Origin: Rhynchopus sp. YZ270_cl-10
Lineage: Eukaryota
Reading direction: 5' to 3'
Assembly (NCBI GenBank): GCA_964035575.1
Contig: OZ037846.1
Coordinates: forward strand, 806,001-870,000
DNA length: 64,000 nucleotides
Shown here piece by piece: positions 59,810 through 64,000 of this stretch. Position numbers and translations under genes: made by a program. The notes under the pieces were generated by a model. That model saw only the letters and a list, made by a program, of their open reading frames with translations. It ran no database searches and was not told where the DNA came from. The stretch's first letter is position 1. Each line of letters starts with the position of its first letter.

Positions 59810-60103
59810 ATGCGTGCTCAGGGCCATCCTATGGAAGAGACAATGACAGACGAGGAGGCTACCAGCGCTATGGAAAGCTTCAGCACAACGTTCCAAGCAC
59901 TCGAGCCGCGTCTGCACCAGATGTGCCCACCCGAGGTCGTGGCACTGTCGCAGCGCGTCTTCCACCAATGCACGCAGGCGCCAGCTAACGTCAATGACAC
60001 ACACGAGCTGGAGCTCTGCTCCGAAGGGCTGAGCATCATGACAGATGCCCTCTTCAAGCACGCCACCTCTCTCGTACGTAGAGAGGACGTTGTTTCTGTC
60101 TAA
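59810..60103 (+). CDS. Small hypothetical protein (97 aa) or terminal exon
   Basis: Coding-like GC island directly after a C-rich tract and CACAG acceptor (59800-59804). Confidence 0.5.
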   Translation: MRAQGHPMEETMTDEEATSAMESFSTTFQALEPRLHQMCPPEVVALSQRVFHQCTQAPANVNDTHELELCSEGLSIMTDALFKHATSLVRREDVVSV

Positions 60104-60643
60104 GTGTTGAAATTTTTTTCAAAAAAAAGCTCTGTCACCAATCGGACTCTAGGAAGAAAACCCAAAAGGAAGTTTTTTTTTTTTTTTTTGATAATATATT
60201 GCCGAGAGGGGCGTTCAAATAACGAAAAAAAGAGGGGAAAAATAAAAGGAATCTGTTTTTTTTGCCGGTTCCAAACATAAGTAGCTTTGATGGGCTATGG
60301 AAGGCGTGGTGTGGGGTAGGGGACTGTCTGAGGGTGATATGTGACATTCAAAAAAAAAAAGTGCCTTTTATTCAAAATGAAAATCACTCTCACAACAAAT
60401 GAAATTAGTACTACCTTTTTGGAGTGGACGCTAAGGAAATCCTGGCGAAGAAAGAAAAAAGAAAAAATGCACCCACTCCTGTTTCCCCTTTGATAACCCT
60501 CCCTTCTTCCTTTCCCCTTCCCCAAAAGCCTGGAATTTTTAAAAGTAAATCATTGTTTTACCATTTTTTGGAATACTCAAAGAATCCTTTAGGGAGGTAA
60601 ACTCACCCGCCATTCACCATGCATAGGACAGAGCGATACAACA

Positions 60644-60855
60644 ATGGATTTGACGATCGACGGGTGGAAGGGAGTAAAGCATACAGTCGAGCTGGGTGAG
60701 GATGACACTCCTGCGGTGATGCGTCGGAAGGTCGCGTCTGCAGCGGGGTTGCCTGAAGACGGCTTTGTGATGAGTTTCGGAGAGGAGGCGATGGACGAAG
60801 GATACGACATGGCGCAGCTGAGTGCTGGAGACACAGTAGTACTGGCGCCGACGAA
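60644..60855 (+). pseudogene. 5' part of a gene with an N-terminal ubiquitin-like domain, interrupted by LINE B
   Basis: MDLTIDGWKGVKHTVELGEDDTPAVMRRKVASAAGLPEDGFVMSFGEEAMDEG...LSAGDTVVL follows the beta-grasp pattern; the sequence then switches to LINE endonuclease in another frame. Confidence 0.65.
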
Positions 60856-63800
60856 GCGGCCATCTCCTCCGGCAAATGGGTTGATGCGGCAGATACCTAC
60901 GCACAGCAGTTGGGTAAGGCAGCAGAGAACACATGCTATACCTCCACATCGTCTGGCAGACGTATCGACTTGGTGCTGGCGAACCACGTGGCTGCCCCTG
61001 CGATCTCCAAAGTGGTGGTCTGGAAAGAGAGCTGCCTCCCGGTACACAGACCGGTGGTGTTGACGTTAGACCTGACGCGATACGAGCAGAAGGCACCGCA
61101 GGCACGCCCTCCCCTTTCTTTGATCGGCGACGACTGGACGAAATGGCCGGCGAAGAAGGAGAAGGAGCTTGCAGCGAAGGTGATGCAGGAGAACGCTGCC
61201 CCTGAAGCCGACCTGACGAAGATGTCGGTTGAAGATCGCTGGGCACGCTTCTGCAAGATTGCGGAGGACTACCTGCTGAAGAGAGGTGCTGCAGACTCAG
61301 ACCCGAAGCAACAACGCCACAGGGGGAGAGGGTGCAACCCGACGTTCTCCGACATCGGACGGCCCGCATGGACTGCGACACGCCGGATGCTGTGAACCTG
61401 GAGACGGCTCAACTGCAGAAGACATGTCGTCAGATGGAGCAGCTCATTGGTGATCGGAGGAAGCGCTTCGGTCAGCCATCTGCAGAATCGTTGAACGAAC
61501 GGCAGCTGTGGGCGAAAATCCGCAAGAAGAAGCATCTACTGAAGAGTGACACCTGGGACCTCGACCTTCCTGGGATAGAGGCGTTGTGTGGGCTCCTTGG
61601 CTGCTTGAAGAAGAGGGGTTTTGTCCTGCTGGAGCAACGGCGTCGGGCCCGCATCAAGGAATGGCGCCGCACAATGAAGGAACACATGAAGGAGAACCCA
61701 GCGAAGGTGTTCTCGTTCCTGCGGAAGGCTACGTCGTCACACACCACGTTCCTGAAACGGGAGGACGGCACGGTTACAGCTAACCTCCAGGAGATGGATG
61801 AACTGCTCATGGATGACCGTGCTTGGGGTGGGGTGTTCCGGATGTACGACGATTCCGAAGAACCTGCGTGGACGACGTTCTTTGATAGGTTCAAGGAACA
61901 CATTCCTGAAGGGACCCCTTGTGTATGCGAACCCCTGACCGCCGACGACCTCCGTACGACCATCGGCAAGATGAAGCGGAAAAAGGCGGCAGGCCTCGAT
62001 GGGTGGAGGGTGGAGGAGCTGAAGGAACTGCCTTTGGCACTGCTGGAGGAACTCGCGCGCTGCCTGAACCTGATCGAGGATACTGGGAACTGGCCCAGGG
62101 TGATTGCGAGGGCGTTGGTGGTGCTCATCCCCAAAGGAGAAGGCGAGGAGCCCCTGAAGCAGCGACCCATAACCATCACCAGTGTGATGTACAGGTTATG
62201 GGCGGCGACTCGACTCCGCAAAGTGGCGACGTGGCAGGAATCCTGGATTCACGAGCGGCAACACGGCTTCCGGAACAAACACGGAACCGAAGACCTGCTG
62301 TGGTTTCTCTGTGCGAAGATGGAGGAGGCTCTGATAGACGACACACCTATCTATCTAGCCTCCTTCGACTATCAGAAGTGCTTTGACCGTGTTCCCCAAG
62401 AGATCATGTTCCAGCTCGTCGAACGGTTGGGTCTTCCCGACAACATGATGCGCCCCATCCGGGGTATATACAAGAAGCTGGGGAGGCGTTTCAAACTTCC
62501 GGCAGGTCTTGGCAAAGAATGGTTTGCGACGAATGGTATCCTCCAAGGATGCCCACTGAGCGTAATCTTCCTGAATGCGCTGGTGGCGGTGTGGATGAAC
62601 GGGGTGGAGAAGGAAACGGGCACGCAGGGGCTGGCGTATGCTGACGACACCAACCTCCTGACGAAGACCCTCGACCAGCTGCGAGCGGGTGTCGCCTTCA
62701 CCGGACACTTTGCAGACTTGACGGGACAACGCGTCCACGCGGGGAAGAGCACGTGGCAGAGCAACCGTCCTGATGAAGAGGAAACTGTGCAGATGAACGG
62801 CGCGGATCTTACTCGCGTCGAGAAGTCGGAGTGCCTGGGGGCGACGGTGCAGGCCCGACAGGCTGGGACGCCCACGCTCCCGACGAAGCTGGAAGACACC
62901 ATCGACGCATGCGGACCGCTAGCAGGTAAGGTGGGATGCCTCCCGCTGACTCAAGGTGAGAAAGCAGGCATCATGCAGGCTGCAGTGATATCGAAATCTG
63001 TGTACGGTATCACGGTGCAGAACCCACCTGAGAAATACATGAACAGTCTTGCAACTGCAGTGGAGAAAGGGGTCCACGGCGTGAACAAGATGAACCGAAG
63101 AAGCGTACCGGTCATGCTGAATGTCTTCGAGAAAGGCCATCTGCTCGACCCCTCGGTGGCATTCGACTACAGAAGGATCATGACGTGGGCGGCGATGATA
63201 CGCAAATCGGATGAGATCTGTTTGCTGGTCGAAAAGTGCAGGTCACGTGCGAAAGCGAAGCAGGCGAAGACTGGAGGACCCATCGGGTTGATTGCGCGAG
63301 CCCTCAGCCGCCTTGCGTGGTCATGGATAGACACGACAAAAGTGAAAACGCACGATGGGAGCATTGTTGATGTGAAGACAGTAAGCTTGGGTAGACTGGG
63401 CCACGTTGTGCGAGAACGGATGTTCTTCATTCGACTCTCCCGTACGAAGACGACTGCGAAGGTCAATGGCAAAGGCAGAGCTAACCTGAAGGGTATTGAA
63501 GCGGGGGTGGATAAGGAGAAAACCCTTGCTCTCACCCGAAGCAAAACTTTGACGGATTACGAGGCGGGGACGCTGCGACACATTGTAGCTGACGGTGCGA
63601 TAACGGGGGTGCGACTTGCGAGAGCGCGCATACGGGACTCGGCCATCTGCGTGCACTGCGAAGCGGGGGTGGACGAAAATCACAAACACTTGTGGTGGGA
63701 ATGTGAAGCATGGAGTAGCATTCGTGCGGAGTACCCCTTGCTGTTGGACATTGACAGAACGACCTGGCCAAACTGTCTCGCTATCTGCGGCATGTGCACA

Positions 63801-64000
63801 CCGGACACACCTTTGGAATGCGCCCGTGTTGCAGACCTGCAGAAGATGATGGTGCGCATCCTCATCGCACGCTCCAAGTGGAGCAGACCGGAAGCGACGA
63901 ACCCGCGACTGCAAGAAGACCGATACCCGTGGACGTGGGCGCCGGAGTTGGACACGACGACGCAACACGCGAACAGTTTGGTGGACTACACCCCCCTGAA
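60856..64000 (+). mobile_element. 5'-truncated non-LTR retrotransposon (LINE B): APE C-terminus, RT, CCHC-type zinc motif; one frameshift near 61360-61395; runs off window
   Basis: RRIDLVLAN..HRPV (APE end); from 61368 in another frame AAGLDGW, QRPITITSVMYRLW, QHGFR, FDYQKCFDRV, GILQGCPLS, YADD (62637), CVHC..H..WEC (63648). Confidence 0.93.

Noticed and set aside
1..64000. tRNA, rRNA, spliced-leader RNA genes and hammerhead ribozymes
   Set aside because: None recognised by eye; the CTGATGA hits lack the GAAA core and stems. An Infernal/tRNAscan run would be needed to exclude them.

Overview
Eukaryotic nuclear DNA, most likely from a euglenozoan protist of diplonemid type. This is an inference from GTATG splice donors, C-rich acceptors, co-oriented genes and a solute-binding-protein/degenerate-cyclase receptor. 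There is one 200-N gap (6568-6767). All recognisable host genes lie on the + strand: a 4-exon HEATR6-like gene, a 2383-aa (TPSPP)n surface protein, an SBP-TM-pseudocyclase receptor, hemC/HMBS, a Sel1-like protein, a small ORF, and a ubiquitin-like-domain gene broken by a LINE. Intergenic and intronic DNA is packed with nested non-autonomous DNA transposons (TTAA, TA, 2-, 4- and 5-bp target duplications), palindromes and short satellites, including a pure (GGGGCC)44 tract. The most striking object is the minus-strand non-LTR retrotransposon at the left edge. It combines an HDV-like self-cleaving ribozyme, an ORF1, and an ORF2 frame with no nearby in-frame AUG that overlaps ORF1 in the -1 frame. 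That frame reads poly-Gln, then a 2A stop-go peptide (DVEQNPG/P), then AP endonuclease and reverse transcriptase. A second, 5'-truncated and frameshifted LINE runs off the right edge.
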